Of a stretch of DNA of 64,000 bases, positions 29,801 to 40,150 are shown in pieces. Origin of the DNA: Escherichia phage vB_EcoS_HdH2; the sequence record NC_048748.1; one strand, given 5' to 3'. Position 1 is the first letter of the stretch. Each line of letters starts with the position of its first letter. The notes below the pieces were generated by a model. It worked only from the letters and a program-made list of their open reading frames with translations, ran no database searches and had not been told where the DNA came from. The translations under genes were made by a program, and so were the position numbers.

Positions 29801-29901
29801 TTACCTAAAACTACTGTATATTTAGGATACTTACTAGCAGTAGTTGTAGTATCATCTATGTTCAGAATCTGCTGTACAATAATTTTAGTTTTAAGTGCCA
29901 T
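26818..29901 (-). CDS. ltfA: L-shaped tail fibre protein A-like (LtfA-like), with C-terminal intramolecular chaperone domain
   Basis: 1027 aa; Ala/Ser/Glu-rich repetitive N-terminus; GGTGAST repeats; C-terminal block NLKDNIQDVS...RRGVIAQQLELID...LLMDALAAIKVL. Confidence 0.75.
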   Translation of the reverse strand: MALKTKIIVQQILNIDDTTTTASKYPKYTVVLGNSISSITAGELTAAVEAAAGSAAAAKGSEIAAKDSENKAKDSEIQAGIHAGASEASATQSAASATESEKQAGLAQSSADNSAASAQESKGFRDSAELAAQNAEQSRLLAEQAKIAAQTAQTGAEAAEKRTASSEIKAANSATTAGEHAAAAKQSELNAKTSEINAAASEGEATNQAGNATTEANRAKAEADRAAQIVDTKLDKEDISGFIKVYKTKAEADADVSSRVLGEKILVWNQTDSKYGWYKVAGTAETPVLELVETEQKLVSINNVRADDAGNVQITLPGGNPSLWLGEVTWFPYDKDSGVGYPGVLPADGREVLRVDYPDTWEAIEAGLIPSVTEEQWQAGATLYFSTGNGTTTFRLPDMMQGQAFRAPTKGEEDAGAIKEQIPYITTVNGISPADDTGAIKLPYVAMVNGTIIPDENGNLALGNVVTKNAWNGTDGEVLLRGAFGLGGAGITLNEPDLVSFFKAMRAFGSGYYRNDTGVEGLPSYSAGFYSRVADTNSFICAGYGSAAVFVAAINDAGLDSENPIVHTNILYGTVNKPDLNGDTQGVLSLAKGGTGASTVSSAKTNLEVDRVKQLEGGTHITSQDQNIVFMVQDTKNWGVYDHSENKWVSLPVEHGGTGATEPAQARKNLEAASAGINFDITQLRNLEGWPINIKNGGVISRKYHAVPSAGSYIGSEVFSAQVQLDNSVDPDTPRLEALFYSEGNYGQSLTERATIAAYRRTADGSFTATKYANLYMDSGAWNAERMHTQGYQKPWDGDSFGFFAPFQASDVVDNDHGFVPIISARTQSTGGYPMRATTGLIASGPTAWPAYVFRLRGDSNWACTYQFHMSGDINGWGSDYDNVVFNFTYTKNAVSDINLKDNIQDVSGEESLENIEKMEFKKFTYKFDKKKNIRRGVIAQQLELIDPQYVKSVGNPETDDITLTLDTNPLLMDALAAIKVLSERNKSLETKLQEMSTVIDNINEKLDLMTRLSNIEAELDKMKGTS

Positions 29902-30323
29902 TATTGAGTTACTCCATCGCTGATGTATACTTTACCTTCCATAATACGGAAAGAACTGACTTCAGAGCCAATTACATCACGAGTCATTAGGATATCATAA
30001 TAACCAGCAAAGCGTTGTCTTGGGTTATACTTATCACGTTCTTTAGATGCTTTTTCACCAATATTAGTAACGTCTGCAACGGAAAGACTAATTGCAGCAG
30101 CACCTTGAGCAGCATCAATAACGCGAGTTTTAAAGTTAGCTAGAACTTCGGCGTTCTCGTCTAAGCTAGACTTAATAGTTCCTCGGAGTGAATATCCGGT
30201 TAAGTTAACAGGAACTTCTGTTGGTGGATACACACTATCATCAACATCCATAAATTGCATGATAAGACCATAAGGTACTTTTTCATCAATAACAATATCA
30301 ATAACTCTATTTTCAGTACTCAT
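29901..30323 (-). CDS. tail collar protein (T5 p132 position)
   Basis: 140 aa, between straight-fibre gene and ltf genes; call by size and synteny. Confidence 0.45.
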   Translation of the reverse strand: MSTENRVIDIVIDEKVPYGLIMQFMDVDDSVYPPTEVPVNLTGYSLRGTIKSSLDENAEVLANFKTRVIDAAQGAAAISLSVADVTNIGEKASKERDKYNPRQRFAGYYDILMTRDVIGSEVSSFRIMEGKVYISDGVTQ

Positions 30324-30329
30324 TATTTA

Positions 30330-32402
30330 TTACCTTATATGAATATACCCGCTATTTAGGTCTATCTTCATCTTGTAGTATGCCTCAGGGTTTCCTGATA
30401 ACGCAGCGTTCCTATCATAAATGATGTTAACACCGATCTGAGATAAGAAAGCATTTCCTGCTACAATTTTATCTGCCGTCACCGTCCCATTAACAATCAT
30501 GTTTCCGTGGAGAACCATTGCAGGGTTAACCCAACCAGACCCATTCCATTGTCTTGTAAATGCTGATTGTGGAGCATTACTATTAAATTCGGTTAATACA
30601 TCATATCTAACAGGAGGACTACCAAAGTTATTCTGGAAGAAGGCATTAGCCTGCCCATCATCCCAACCCCCAAGACCAGGAATACCTAAGGAGTACATTC
30701 CAGGACCACGTTGTCCATCATGTCCTATAGTACCTTCAGTACCACTCCACTGAACTACATCAGACCAGCTAGTACCTTCAAGAAGTTTGTTAGTAACGGG
30801 ATCAAGCGTACCTGTAGTGGCATAGATATTTTGTGTCATATCTGTACGGTTAGGTGGAGTTTTTGACCAACCAGGAGGCGGATAATCTTGTTCTAGTGGT
30901 TTAGCAGGTAGAGATGTTGCTAACTTATAAACAAATACTGTTTGCTTACCTTGCATACCAGTACCTAGATCTACATCGCCATTAGGAGTTCCAATAACTA
31001 CTCCACTAGAAATACGTAGCACATCACCATCATAACGAATCCACTGTGTGGCATTACCAATGTCTAGTTTTGCTTTGGCTGAAGTATTATCCATACCCAT
31101 CCAAATACCAGAGTTATTATCCCCCCAGGATTTACCTTGTGTGTAGATTGCTGGATTATCTTTACCAGATAAGTTAGTCATGATAAAGTTAGCAGCATTG
31201 ATATCTCTAGTAATTACTTTACCATCAACGTTAACAACACGGTTTATAGGGTCAAAAGAAATGGGTGCTTTCCCTTCTTCATCTAGTAGACCAATGTTAA
31301 TAGCACCAGTAGCTGCGTCGATTAAGAATGTCTGTCTCCAGATTTCTCCATCTTTCATACTACCCTTAATAAAGGCATAGTTAACATCAATACCCGTCTC
31401 ATTGACAAAGCTGTTGTCTAGAGGAGTATCTTCATTCAATATAAATGTTACAGGAGCTGATTCTGTTATATCCTGTTTATTTGGTCCCCAGGCAATTGAC
31501 GAAACCTTAAAGGTATGTTCAACTTTCCACGGGAATGATATAATCGTTGCAGCTCTAGCAGCCCCAACGTTTATCTTTTGAGCTTTAGCCCAGCCAGTCT
31601 TAGCGTATTCTTCAGAGTTTATATAAGTAACCAGAAATTCACGGACATTAGCACCCGCACCACGTTCCCAGTCCCACTCTATTCTAACATCATATCGTTC
31701 CTTACCATCTGCGATTCGTGCAGCTTTAAAGGCAATATTAGTAGGTGCGGTAGGTGGTACGAAATTATAAGCTACAGTGAAAACGCTAGGATATTCATAA
31801 TAACCAGATGAGTCAACTGTAACACCATCTGGCATCGTAATTTGACCAGATATTCTGATCTTATAGTCGCCAACAGGAACACCACCAAATTTGATAGTAG
31901 GTCCCAGTGCGCCTATATAATATTTAACCCATTCACTATCTTCTGATGCAGTACTTTTTAATTCAATAGTGCAGTAACTAGCTTCACCAGCCGTCTCTAC
32001 AACAACTATTGGAGCACCAACACCAACGTCAACGGGTTCTGATTCAGATCTTGCTGCAGTAATTATTGGCTTTTCCTTTGTTCTAAAGTTAGTTTCATTA
32101 GAGAGGTTGATACCAATCTTAGCTTCCAGTAACTCTGAGTCAATAATTGAGTCATAGAAAGCCCCCTGGATCTCATAGGAGGTAGAGGGGGTTAGATTAT
32201 TAATCATTACGAAGAAAGTATCTATACCGGTGTAATCACGTCTATCTATACTTTCTCCTATTTTTAACCAAAAAGATCTACCAATAACATCATAATCAGT
32301 ATAAATGGAGTGCTGGACATAAGCCAAAGTATATCCAGTCATTATACTATTTAAGACCATTTTGGCTGGTGCATTATTTGAAATCATTAAATGGATGCCC
32401 AC
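30330..32402 (-). CDS. central straight fibre / baseplate protein (T5 pb4-like)
   Basis: 690 aa, directly downstream of the hub gene; call by size and synteny. Confidence 0.6.
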   Translation of the reverse strand: MGIHLMISNNAPAKMVLNSIMTGYTLAYVQHSIYTDYDVIGRSFWLKIGESIDRRDYTGIDTFFVMINNLTPSTSYEIQGAFYDSIIDSELLEAKIGINLSNETNFRTKEKPIITAARSESEPVDVGVGAPIVVVETAGEASYCTIELKSTASEDSEWVKYYIGALGPTIKFGGVPVGDYKIRISGQITMPDGVTVDSSGYYEYPSVFTVAYNFVPPTAPTNIAFKAARIADGKERYDVRIEWDWERGAGANVREFLVTYINSEEYAKTGWAKAQKINVGAARAATIISFPWKVEHTFKVSSIAWGPNKQDITESAPVTFILNEDTPLDNSFVNETGIDVNYAFIKGSMKDGEIWRQTFLIDAATGAINIGLLDEEGKAPISFDPINRVVNVDGKVITRDINAANFIMTNLSGKDNPAIYTQGKSWGDNNSGIWMGMDNTSAKAKLDIGNATQWIRYDGDVLRISSGVVIGTPNGDVDLGTGMQGKQTVFVYKLATSLPAKPLEQDYPPPGWSKTPPNRTDMTQNIYATTGTLDPVTNKLLEGTSWSDVVQWSGTEGTIGHDGQRGPGMYSLGIPGLGGWDDGQANAFFQNNFGSPPVRYDVLTEFNSNAPQSAFTRQWNGSGWVNPAMVLHGNMIVNGTVTADKIVAGNAFLSQIGVNIIYDRNAALSGNPEAYYKMKIDLNSGYIHIR

Positions 32403-35236
32403 TCCACAGACTGTTCTCCATCATCCCCTTCTGCCCTAATACGAAAATACAATTTTCTATTTATACCTAGAGCACCGCTGTTCTGGAGAGCAAAGTCTGC
32501 CTTATTATATGTTAATAAATAGTCATAAGTATACTGATTTTCAATACGTACACTTCTTAACATCCTATTTTGCGAATCGTGTATTTCAAGGGTATAAAAT
32601 ATACTCTCTATTATATCTTCTTCAGGTATTCTATCCCAGGCTAGTTTCACATCTGGGCCAACAAACTCAGTTACATCTCCAGAGGCAGTATTAGTTACCC
32701 TAAAATTAGATACTACGCTTAGGTTTTTAGCAGAGTTAAGTTCTATAGATAATGTTACTGGAGAACTTCTTCTACCATTAATATCTACTGCCCTTATTTC
32801 AAATATTGCTAAACCTGCAGGCTCTCCAATTATCTCTTGGATCATGCGTTCATTGGGATTTGTTTCTAGTTGCTGCACAATATAAGGTTCAGCATGACCG
32901 GAATGCACAATAGAGTAGTAAACTACATTATTGGTTAGACTCGGAAGCCAGGATAACTCACCATTTTTACCTATAGAGCCTACTAAACCGCTAGGAGTAG
33001 GAGTATATTTAAAGTCTCTAGGAGGAAGGACATTGTTACTAATATCAGGAATATCATTACCGCTATTATCAACCTGCTCAGAGTTGATGAATACATCCTC
33101 TCCATACTCCTGTAAGGTAACATTTATCTTTCCTTCTCTAGAGTTTTCCACTTCGTCTACTAGGAAATACTTTTTGTCCCATCCATAACGATCATATGTG
33201 AATGCAATAGCATCATTAGGCTCAATACCAATGAATTGATATGGCAATGAGAAAGAAAGTGTTCTTGAGTATCTGGATTTCTTAAGTTCTCTATCCGCAA
33301 AACTTCTTGCAGTATAGTAATTAGTAATATTAGCAAAAGATAGTTGTAATTTTTTATCTAGGTTCTTGTCCTGTTCCTTATACTTAGAGTTATAGAATGT
33401 AATGGAATTAGTTTTCCAGCTAAGGGCTGGATCTACGATAGATGCTTGAACTGAGTTGAATTTATTTCTACCAGTAGTATCTGATAGCTCCAAATCACCG
33501 TAAGTATCTAGAAAATTAATCTCTAATGGAGTATTAGAGTATTTTTCTACAGTAACCCTGTACTGGCCAGATAAGTTGTTAATAGCCCCACCGTAGGACT
33601 CTAATAAACCTTGCACATTTTTAAATACTGATTCAGATGTATCCAGAATAGTATTCATTTGTACTATTTGTCTATTTTCTGCTAGTGGATCAGTCCACCC
33701 AACGTATCTCCAATATGGCTGCCAAGATACCTGATAGGATTCATCTATAATATCTAAAATAGCTGCTTCCTGTATTAATTGCTGAAGGGGGAACTGATCA
33801 ATGGTAATATTAGCGCCGTATCTATCAGAGGTTAAGTAATCAAGTGTTTGCCAAATACCATTTAAACTAGTACTATTAGCAGTTACTCTACCATCAGAAT
33901 GGTAAATTTTTATCTTCTTACCCTGAATCTCAGCACTAACTTCAGGAATCTCAGTCCTATTTTCATTAATAGTGAAGCGCACCACTGCGTATGCAGTATC
34001 TAGTAGTTTATACCTAGCATCCCAGTACTCCGGTCCATTGCCATTCATATTCTGAAGGTAGAACCCACGTTCTTTAGCTATATCTACTAGTACTTCAGAA
34101 GCCGTTTGGTCAGGTTTTCCATGATACGTCCAAATTCTTATGTCACCATTACCATCATTATACTTATACTCCTGCCCATGCACGGAAGGGCTACTAGAGG
34201 AGGTTCCGGATGCTATCCTCTGCATTGTATCTCCTGCTATTTTTTTAGTACCAAAGCAGGTTCTAGCAGAGCTATCATTAGCATCTACACAAATCATAGG
34301 GTTATCACCAAAGGAGAAATCAAGAAAACCATCAATCTCTCCCTCAGCAAAAGCGTATACGACATAAACTATATTGGGATTGTGTAGTTCTGTATCAGCA
34401 AAAATGGGTATTCCAGGAATTTTTTGAACTCCATAAACCACCGGTATGTATTTAGCAGCAAGGTTAAAATCTATATCCACTTCTTTAGTGACAGTTTCAT
34501 AGTATTTTTTAAGGCTGTAGCTTCTAGATAAACCGAATAATTTTTTCTTTGATTTTAGCTTGTATCTTTCTTCCTGAACCTGATATTTTGCTAGGATAGA
34601 GATACTTTTATTAGAGTGGAAGAAGCCGTAGTCTTCTTGATACTCTGGTCTTTTAGCACCATTAGATGGTACTAACTGTCCAGCTACAACTTCAAGCCCC
34701 CTATGGGAAGCGTCATCAGTATATCTACCATTAACTCTATCAAAGTCATAGAATTGGTTAGAACAATTCCAGGTAATTGTAGAGGTTCCCACTCCAGAGG
34801 TACTAATGTTATCTTTAATACCCCCTCCAGTAATCCTCCCCCTAAAATATAGTAAAGGACCATTTGTATCTGGGTCTACTGGCAGAATAGAACCATCTTC
34901 AGTAATAATTGCTTGATGAATTGATACGGTTCTATCTAAGAAGGACACACCATTTTGTACTAGTTTTAGTACTTCATCCTGTGCTGTACCAGTAATAGTA
35001 AAAGATAGACTACCAATAGATAAATCTCTATTTTGTTTGTGTGAGCTAATAGACTTAACTTTACCCGCCTGGTATAAGATGCCATTATATAGTACATCCC
35101 TAAAATAATCAGTTAAATAAATAAAAGCAGTACTAGTACCAGTAGAGCCAGGTAACTCTAGAGAAATTAGACTAGCAGTTTTTATTCTGCTATTATTTTT
35201 TAAGTAGTTTCTAGCACTATCTAGTATTTTTTTCAT
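32387..35236 (-). CDS. baseplate hub protein (T5 pb3-like)
   Basis: 949 aa; position after distal tail protein and tape measure. Confidence 0.7.
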   Translation of the reverse strand: MKKILDSARNYLKNNSRIKTASLISLELPGSTGTSTAFIYLTDYFRDVLYNGILYQAGKVKSISSHKQNRDLSIGSLSFTITGTAQDEVLKLVQNGVSFLDRTVSIHQAIITEDGSILPVDPDTNGPLLYFRGRITGGGIKDNISTSGVGTSTITWNCSNQFYDFDRVNGRYTDDASHRGLEVVAGQLVPSNGAKRPEYQEDYGFFHSNKSISILAKYQVQEERYKLKSKKKLFGLSRSYSLKKYYETVTKEVDIDFNLAAKYIPVVYGVQKIPGIPIFADTELHNPNIVYVVYAFAEGEIDGFLDFSFGDNPMICVDANDSSARTCFGTKKIAGDTMQRIASGTSSSSPSVHGQEYKYNDGNGDIRIWTYHGKPDQTASEVLVDIAKERGFYLQNMNGNGPEYWDARYKLLDTAYAVVRFTINENRTEIPEVSAEIQGKKIKIYHSDGRVTANSTSLNGIWQTLDYLTSDRYGANITIDQFPLQQLIQEAAILDIIDESYQVSWQPYWRYVGWTDPLAENRQIVQMNTILDTSESVFKNVQGLLESYGGAINNLSGQYRVTVEKYSNTPLEINFLDTYGDLELSDTTGRNKFNSVQASIVDPALSWKTNSITFYNSKYKEQDKNLDKKLQLSFANITNYYTARSFADRELKKSRYSRTLSFSLPYQFIGIEPNDAIAFTYDRYGWDKKYFLVDEVENSREGKINVTLQEYGEDVFINSEQVDNSGNDIPDISNNVLPPRDFKYTPTPSGLVGSIGKNGELSWLPSLTNNVVYYSIVHSGHAEPYIVQQLETNPNERMIQEIIGEPAGLAIFEIRAVDINGRRSSPVTLSIELNSAKNLSVVSNFRVTNTASGDVTEFVGPDVKLAWDRIPEEDIIESIFYTLEIHDSQNRMLRSVRIENQYTYDYLLTYNKADFALQNSGALGINRKLYFRIRAEGDDGEQSVEWASI

Positions 35237-35847
35237 AAACTTTCCCGTAAATTTAATGAGATGCCGGAATATGTTCCGTTATTATTTAATGTAGATCCGA
35301 AAGCATCACCATTCATGAGTTTTGTTCTAAATAGTATCCCATTAAATACTGGTTTTTCAGCTCCAGTAGTAGTTACAAATAAATCAGGATATATGTTAAT
35401 AGACCATGAATTACCAGATCTATTAAATGATGTTATTTTATAAACTTTTGGGTGATTGGATAATTTAAATAAATCACCTGGTTTAGGGATACCGGTAAGA
35501 ACACCTTTTGTATCCATAGTAATATTGGAACCTTTTTGTCCTGCTGGTATATTTACTAAGTTAGTATTACCCCTAACCCTAAAAGCCTCATACTGAGGTA
35601 ATATAACATCAATGTAACCTCCTGTCCTCTTATACTCTAGAATAAAGGAATCTAGAACACTATATTCATCAGGAAACAATTCTGGGTAAGAAATATTTAT
35701 ACCCCAGTACTGAGCAGATACCTTAACTTCGTTAACTTTACCATTAGGTAACTCATCACGAATTACTGGGTCATTATCAATCAGGTTAACACTTTCGAAT
35801 CCTAATCCTGAAAGTTCTGGATTCGTGTATGGGTCTGGTAATCTCAT
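35233..35847 (-). CDS. distal tail protein (T5 pb9-like)
   Basis: 204 aa, immediately downstream of tape measure gene. Confidence 0.6.
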   Translation of the reverse strand: MRLPDPYTNPELSGLGFESVNLIDNDPVIRDELPNGKVNEVKVSAQYWGINISYPELFPDEYSVLDSFILEYKRTGGYIDVILPQYEAFRVRGNTNLVNIPAGQKGSNITMDTKGVLTGIPKPGDLFKLSNHPKVYKITSFNRSGNSWSINIYPDLFVTTTGAEKPVFNGILFRTKLMNGDAFGSTLNNNGTYSGISLNLRESL

Positions 35848-35956
35848 AGTTAATTTCTCCTCTTAGATACAATTATTATAATAGTATTAGAAAATTTTAT
35901 CAAGAAATTTTTATTTTTCCATAAAGAAAAGGAGGACTCAAAGTCCTCCTCCAGTT

Positions 35957-38900
35957 TTAAGAATTTCCTAGTGTTTTTAGGCTAGCACCGTTCTCATTCA
36001 GAGCTAATTCTACTGCGTCTCTTAGAGCACCACTATTACTAGAAGCAAACTCTCTAAAACTTGCAGCATCCATAGCACTAATATTCAAGATGATAGGTCT
36101 TCCTGAAGTTGAGTTAGATGAGGTTTTTAGCTCATCATTAGGCGTAGCTTTCATAGGAACCATAGGGGTAACTACTTCTGTACCATGCTCACCCATTTGA
36201 TAGCTAACCCCAGGGTACATATTACCACCCTCAGCACGAGGAACGAAAGAGTTAGCACTACCTATACCTTGATCGCCACGAATATAAGATAGTTCACCTG
36301 CATTAGCAGACATGGACACATCTATATTCTTTTGACGCTCTCCTAAGGTTAAGTAACTAGTTGTATCCGCTCCAGAATCTGCAATAGAAGACATACCAGA
36401 TGCAGAAGATGCTTGAGCAAGAGCTAAGGCACCTGCCAAACCTGCTGCCACCATCAAAGGAATAGAGAATGGGTACGGTACAGCTGTCGCCGCCTGCATT
36501 ACAGCTACTGCAGTTTGGATGATGATCTGCTTCTTAGCTGCGTCTTGTTGAATCTTCAACTTTTCAGCTTCCAACTTCTTCAACTTAGCTTTAGATGCTT
36601 CTGATTTACCATCACGTTTCTGTTCTGCTGCAATAGCCTGATCAATTGCACTAACCTGTTGACTAGTACTATATTGAATCATAGAGGCTACGGTCTGCAT
36701 ACCGGAAGCAATCATAGATGTAGTATCTAAAGATCCCTGAGAGAATTGAATCATAGCATTAGTTAGGTTACCCATGCTTTGAGCTACAGCGGTTGCTTCA
36801 GAGTTTAGCTCAGATAGTTTAGAGATTGCCTGATCATAGGAGGCCATTCTATTTTGCATATCAGCAAAATCTTTATCCTCCCCAGATAGTCCAGTTGTAG
36901 GAGTATATACAGCACCTACAGAAGATCCCACCTGTTGCTGCATCTGGGTATCTCTCTGTTTTCTAAGCTGCTCTAAGGCCGCCGAAGTTTTATAAATCTC
37001 ATTACGATATTTAATTTCTTCCTCAGTATTGCCCTTAGACAGCTCCAGCTGTTGCTGCAGAATGGATAATCTTTCAGTAAGAATTTGAGATTGACCAGTA
37101 ACATTCCTCTGCGTTTGGCTGACCTCTAGCGCATCCATGAGAGCTGATACATGTGAGGCAGTTGCCTGTTTCTCCGCTTCCCATATTTCTCTACTTATTT
37201 GTGCTTGAGCACGTCTAGACTGTTCTGCCTCTTTCTGTTTGTCCGCTTGTTTTGTATACCATTCGTACTTCTCTTTCTCTATAGTTAGTTCTAGTTTTAG
37301 CTGAGCTAATCTATATTGAGTAGTAGTCATAGTGCGGTCATTCAGAAGAGCTATCTCACGATCTACACCAAGAATTTTATCTGTGTAATCTTTAACCTTC
37401 TTCTGGGCTTCCATACCCTGATTAGTAAGTTTAAGCTTCTCCAGCTGAATTTTTTCAATTTCTTTTTCAACAGCTTTATTTCCCTGGTTTGTTTGAAGAA
37501 CACGGCGTAAAGCAGCTTCTTGCTCTTCTAACTGTTGCAACTCTAAACGTCTACCAGCTTCCTGAGCCTTTTCCTTATCCTTAGTTTGATTATACACATC
37601 GGCTATTTTCTGTTGAACTGCTAACTGATTTTTAGTTTCATTACCAGTTAGTTTAACATACTCGGACAAGGCCTGAGAAGCAGTTTTCATCTCAGATAAC
37701 GTATTATAGCCTAAATTAAGATTTTTAACATACTCATCTGCACTTTTACCAGTACCTAGAGATAGAGATTCTATGTTTTTTATAGCATCTGCTAAAGTAG
37801 CACTAGTTTTAGCAGCAGTATCTGTATTCTGAGCAACGTTCTGTATATCATTAGCTAAGTCACTAGCAGTTTTCTTAGTCTGATTGTACGCTTTCTGCTG
37901 CTCGGTTAGTCCTTTTAATACAGTAGAGTTAAAATCGTATACAGCACCAGGATCAGTAGTATCTCTCTGTAGATTAATTTGCTTCTGAAACTCGGGGTTA
38001 GCTTTTGCAGCAGCAGCTCCAGCAGCTTGATACGCTGATTTCCAGGCATTAAGGTTTTCAGTAGAATCCTCTACTTCCTTACCAAGTCTAGTTACTTGTA
38101 GACCCATAGCTGCAGTTTCTGCTACAAATTGCTTATTGGCCTCCGAAGCACCTGCTGCTGCAAGACCAACAGGAATACCTTCACCAACTTGACGTATAGC
38201 TAGTTTTGTATAGAAATCTGCTTGTTCCATTCGTTTATCGAACTCAGATTTTAGCTTATTACGCTTATCAAGAGATTCCTTATACATATCTAGAGCTTTA
38301 TTATAGCCTTCTTCAGAAGCAGCTAAACTTAAAGCAACAGCACCAACGTTGGTAGGGTCTATCTGTCTATTGGTTTTTTCTTGAGCTCTAGCTGCCTCCG
38401 CAGATACAGAAGCCTGAGAAGTATAAAATACTGTGTTGATAGCATCAATTACTGGCCCTAAGTACTTAGCAGCAGCCTGCTGAATCTTTCTCAGTGCGGC
38501 ATCAGCATTAGCGGCAAACTGCTCCCACGGAGTAGCACGTAAAACTTCATCTAAGTAACCAAAACGTTTAGTAGACTCTGCTATAACAGCATTAGCATAC
38601 GCTTGCTGTTTCTGGAAGGTAGTAAGGCTATTAATATTATATGTTATACCTGTGTTTGCAGCATTTAACTGTTTAACGTAATCAGCATAAGCATCGTTAA
38701 GACGAATAGTAACACCAAGCTCATCCAGAAGTTCGATTTCCTGTTTAGATACACCCTTAATTACACGGTTAAGTGCATCGGTCATATCAACGCCAAGAAC
38801 AGCAGCAGCACGACGAGCTACTAGACCAAATTTATTAAGTTGTTCAGCATCAAATCCGTACGCAGAAGCTGAGGATGCTTGTCTCATTGCTTCTTCAAAG

Positions 38901-39637
38901 GAGATTGCATAGCCAGCTGCCTCTTGTAGTGATCTAGCAAGGGACTGAACAGGAGTACCTGTCTGAGTACCCACTATAACACCAAATTTTTCTAGACGAT
39001 TTAGCTGATCACCTAGTTTGAGTTGTTCGAATGCAGATTGCAAAACGAAGATGTTAGAAGCAATAGCAGCGTATAATAATGGTAAACCACCACCAACTTT
39101 AGCCATTGCAGCAAAATCACGGGTAGCACCACGAGCTGAACCAGAAGTATTACCAATGGCTCTAGACGCTCTGCCAGCGGCACCAGCAGTATCATTAAAG
39201 CCTCTAGTTGTACCGCCTAAAACTCTATTGGTGTCATACAATCTATCTTGAACTTTCTCTGTTGCAGCTGCAACATCATTACCCATTGCTTTAACAGATC
39301 TAGAAACTCCATCGAATCCAATTTCTAGTTTATCTGTTACTTCAATAAGTTGGATAGCCAGGTAATCTAGCTTATCACCAATACCATCAATGGATTTAGT
39401 GATGCCAGCCATACCCCTACTAGCTTGCATTTTAGTAAGACTTTTTGCTGCTCTGTCTGCTGCCCTCTCAATGGAATATAGAGTTTTGGGCATTTTACCT
39501 AACTGTTCATTTGTCAGTTCGGAAGCAGCAGCAGCATTTTCTAATGCATCAGATACGTTTTCAATAGACTTTGCAGTACGGGTTGCCCCCTTCTGTTTAA
39601 CGTCTATTAGTAATTCTCGTATTAGCTTATCAGTCAT
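35957..39637 (-). CDS. tape measure protein (T5 pb2-like)
   Basis: 1226 aa, long coiled-coil-type sequence, hydrophobic C-terminal segment (AVPYPFSIPLMVAAGLAGALALA). Confidence 0.9.
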   Translation of the reverse strand: MTDKLIRELLIDVKQKGATRTAKSIENVSDALENAAAASELTNEQLGKMPKTLYSIERAADRAAKSLTKMQASRGMAGITKSIDGIGDKLDYLAIQLIEVTDKLEIGFDGVSRSVKAMGNDVAAATEKVQDRLYDTNRVLGGTTRGFNDTAGAAGRASRAIGNTSGSARGATRDFAAMAKVGGGLPLLYAAIASNIFVLQSAFEQLKLGDQLNRLEKFGVIVGTQTGTPVQSLARSLQEAAGYAISFEEAMRQASSASAYGFDAEQLNKFGLVARRAAAVLGVDMTDALNRVIKGVSKQEIELLDELGVTIRLNDAYADYVKQLNAANTGITYNINSLTTFQKQQAYANAVIAESTKRFGYLDEVLRATPWEQFAANADAALRKIQQAAAKYLGPVIDAINTVFYTSQASVSAEAARAQEKTNRQIDPTNVGAVALSLAASEEGYNKALDMYKESLDKRNKLKSEFDKRMEQADFYTKLAIRQVGEGIPVGLAAAGASEANKQFVAETAAMGLQVTRLGKEVEDSTENLNAWKSAYQAAGAAAAKANPEFQKQINLQRDTTDPGAVYDFNSTVLKGLTEQQKAYNQTKKTASDLANDIQNVAQNTDTAAKTSATLADAIKNIESLSLGTGKSADEYVKNLNLGYNTLSEMKTASQALSEYVKLTGNETKNQLAVQQKIADVYNQTKDKEKAQEAGRRLELQQLEEQEAALRRVLQTNQGNKAVEKEIEKIQLEKLKLTNQGMEAQKKVKDYTDKILGVDREIALLNDRTMTTTQYRLAQLKLELTIEKEKYEWYTKQADKQKEAEQSRRAQAQISREIWEAEKQATASHVSALMDALEVSQTQRNVTGQSQILTERLSILQQQLELSKGNTEEEIKYRNEIYKTSAALEQLRKQRDTQMQQQVGSSVGAVYTPTTGLSGEDKDFADMQNRMASYDQAISKLSELNSEATAVAQSMGNLTNAMIQFSQGSLDTTSMIASGMQTVASMIQYSTSQQVSAIDQAIAAEQKRDGKSEASKAKLKKLEAEKLKIQQDAAKKQIIIQTAVAVMQAATAVPYPFSIPLMVAAGLAGALALAQASSASGMSSIADSGADTTSYLTLGERQKNIDVSMSANAGELSYIRGDQGIGSANSFVPRAEGGNMYPGVSYQMGEHGTEVVTPMVPMKATPNDELKTSSNSTSGRPIILNISAMDAASFREFASSNSGALRDAVELALNENGASLKTLGNS

Positions 39638-39654
39638 ATTTTATTTTTCCCAAT

Positions 39655-39685
39655 AAAAAAGGCTCTGGGCAAATCACCCAGAGCC
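39655..39685 (-). terminator. intrinsic terminator upstream of tape measure gene
   Basis: Minus-strand ggctctggg-tgatttg-cccagagcc followed by tttttt. Confidence 0.65.
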
Positions 39686-39720
39686 AAGCCTCATCGTGGA
39701 ACGCCCATTGGAGGAAACTT

Positions 39721-40089
39721 TTACCGTGCTCGAGATTTGGCGTGCGGCTTAACGTTAGGTATTCTACCGTTTTGCGGCTTATGCTTCTCAGCACGTTTAC
39801 GTGCAGCGTCTACAGCTTTAGCATCAAATATATTGATAATGTGTAGAACAAATTCTTTTTCTATAGGATCAGTAATCCCATAAATATCAAATAAAACACC
39901 TAAAGCAGCTTTGTCTTTACCTATAAAGATAGGGAAGTCACCAGGTATGAAACAGTCAACTAGACTATTATAAATATTCATACTAATAGCTACAATAGGT
40001 GGAAAGTCTTCAAGTTCAACAGGCATAGCCTTAGGATCAGGTTCTATACCCATTGACTCACAGAGTATTAAATATTGTTGTTTAGTCAT
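39721..40089 (-). CDS. putative tail assembly chaperone
   Basis: 122 aa; position between tail tube and tape measure genes. Confidence 0.35.
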   Translation of the reverse strand: MTKQQYLILCESMGIEPDPKAMPVELEDFPPIVAISMNIYNSLVDCFIPGDFPIFIGKDKAALGVLFDIYGITDPIEKEFVLHIINIFDAKAVDAARKRAEKHKPQNGRIPNVKPHAKSRAR

Positions 40090-40150
40090 TTTAGATGCTG
40101 AGCTTTTAATACACTTATCTGCAAAATCAGCAACAGCATCTAGTAGTTCT

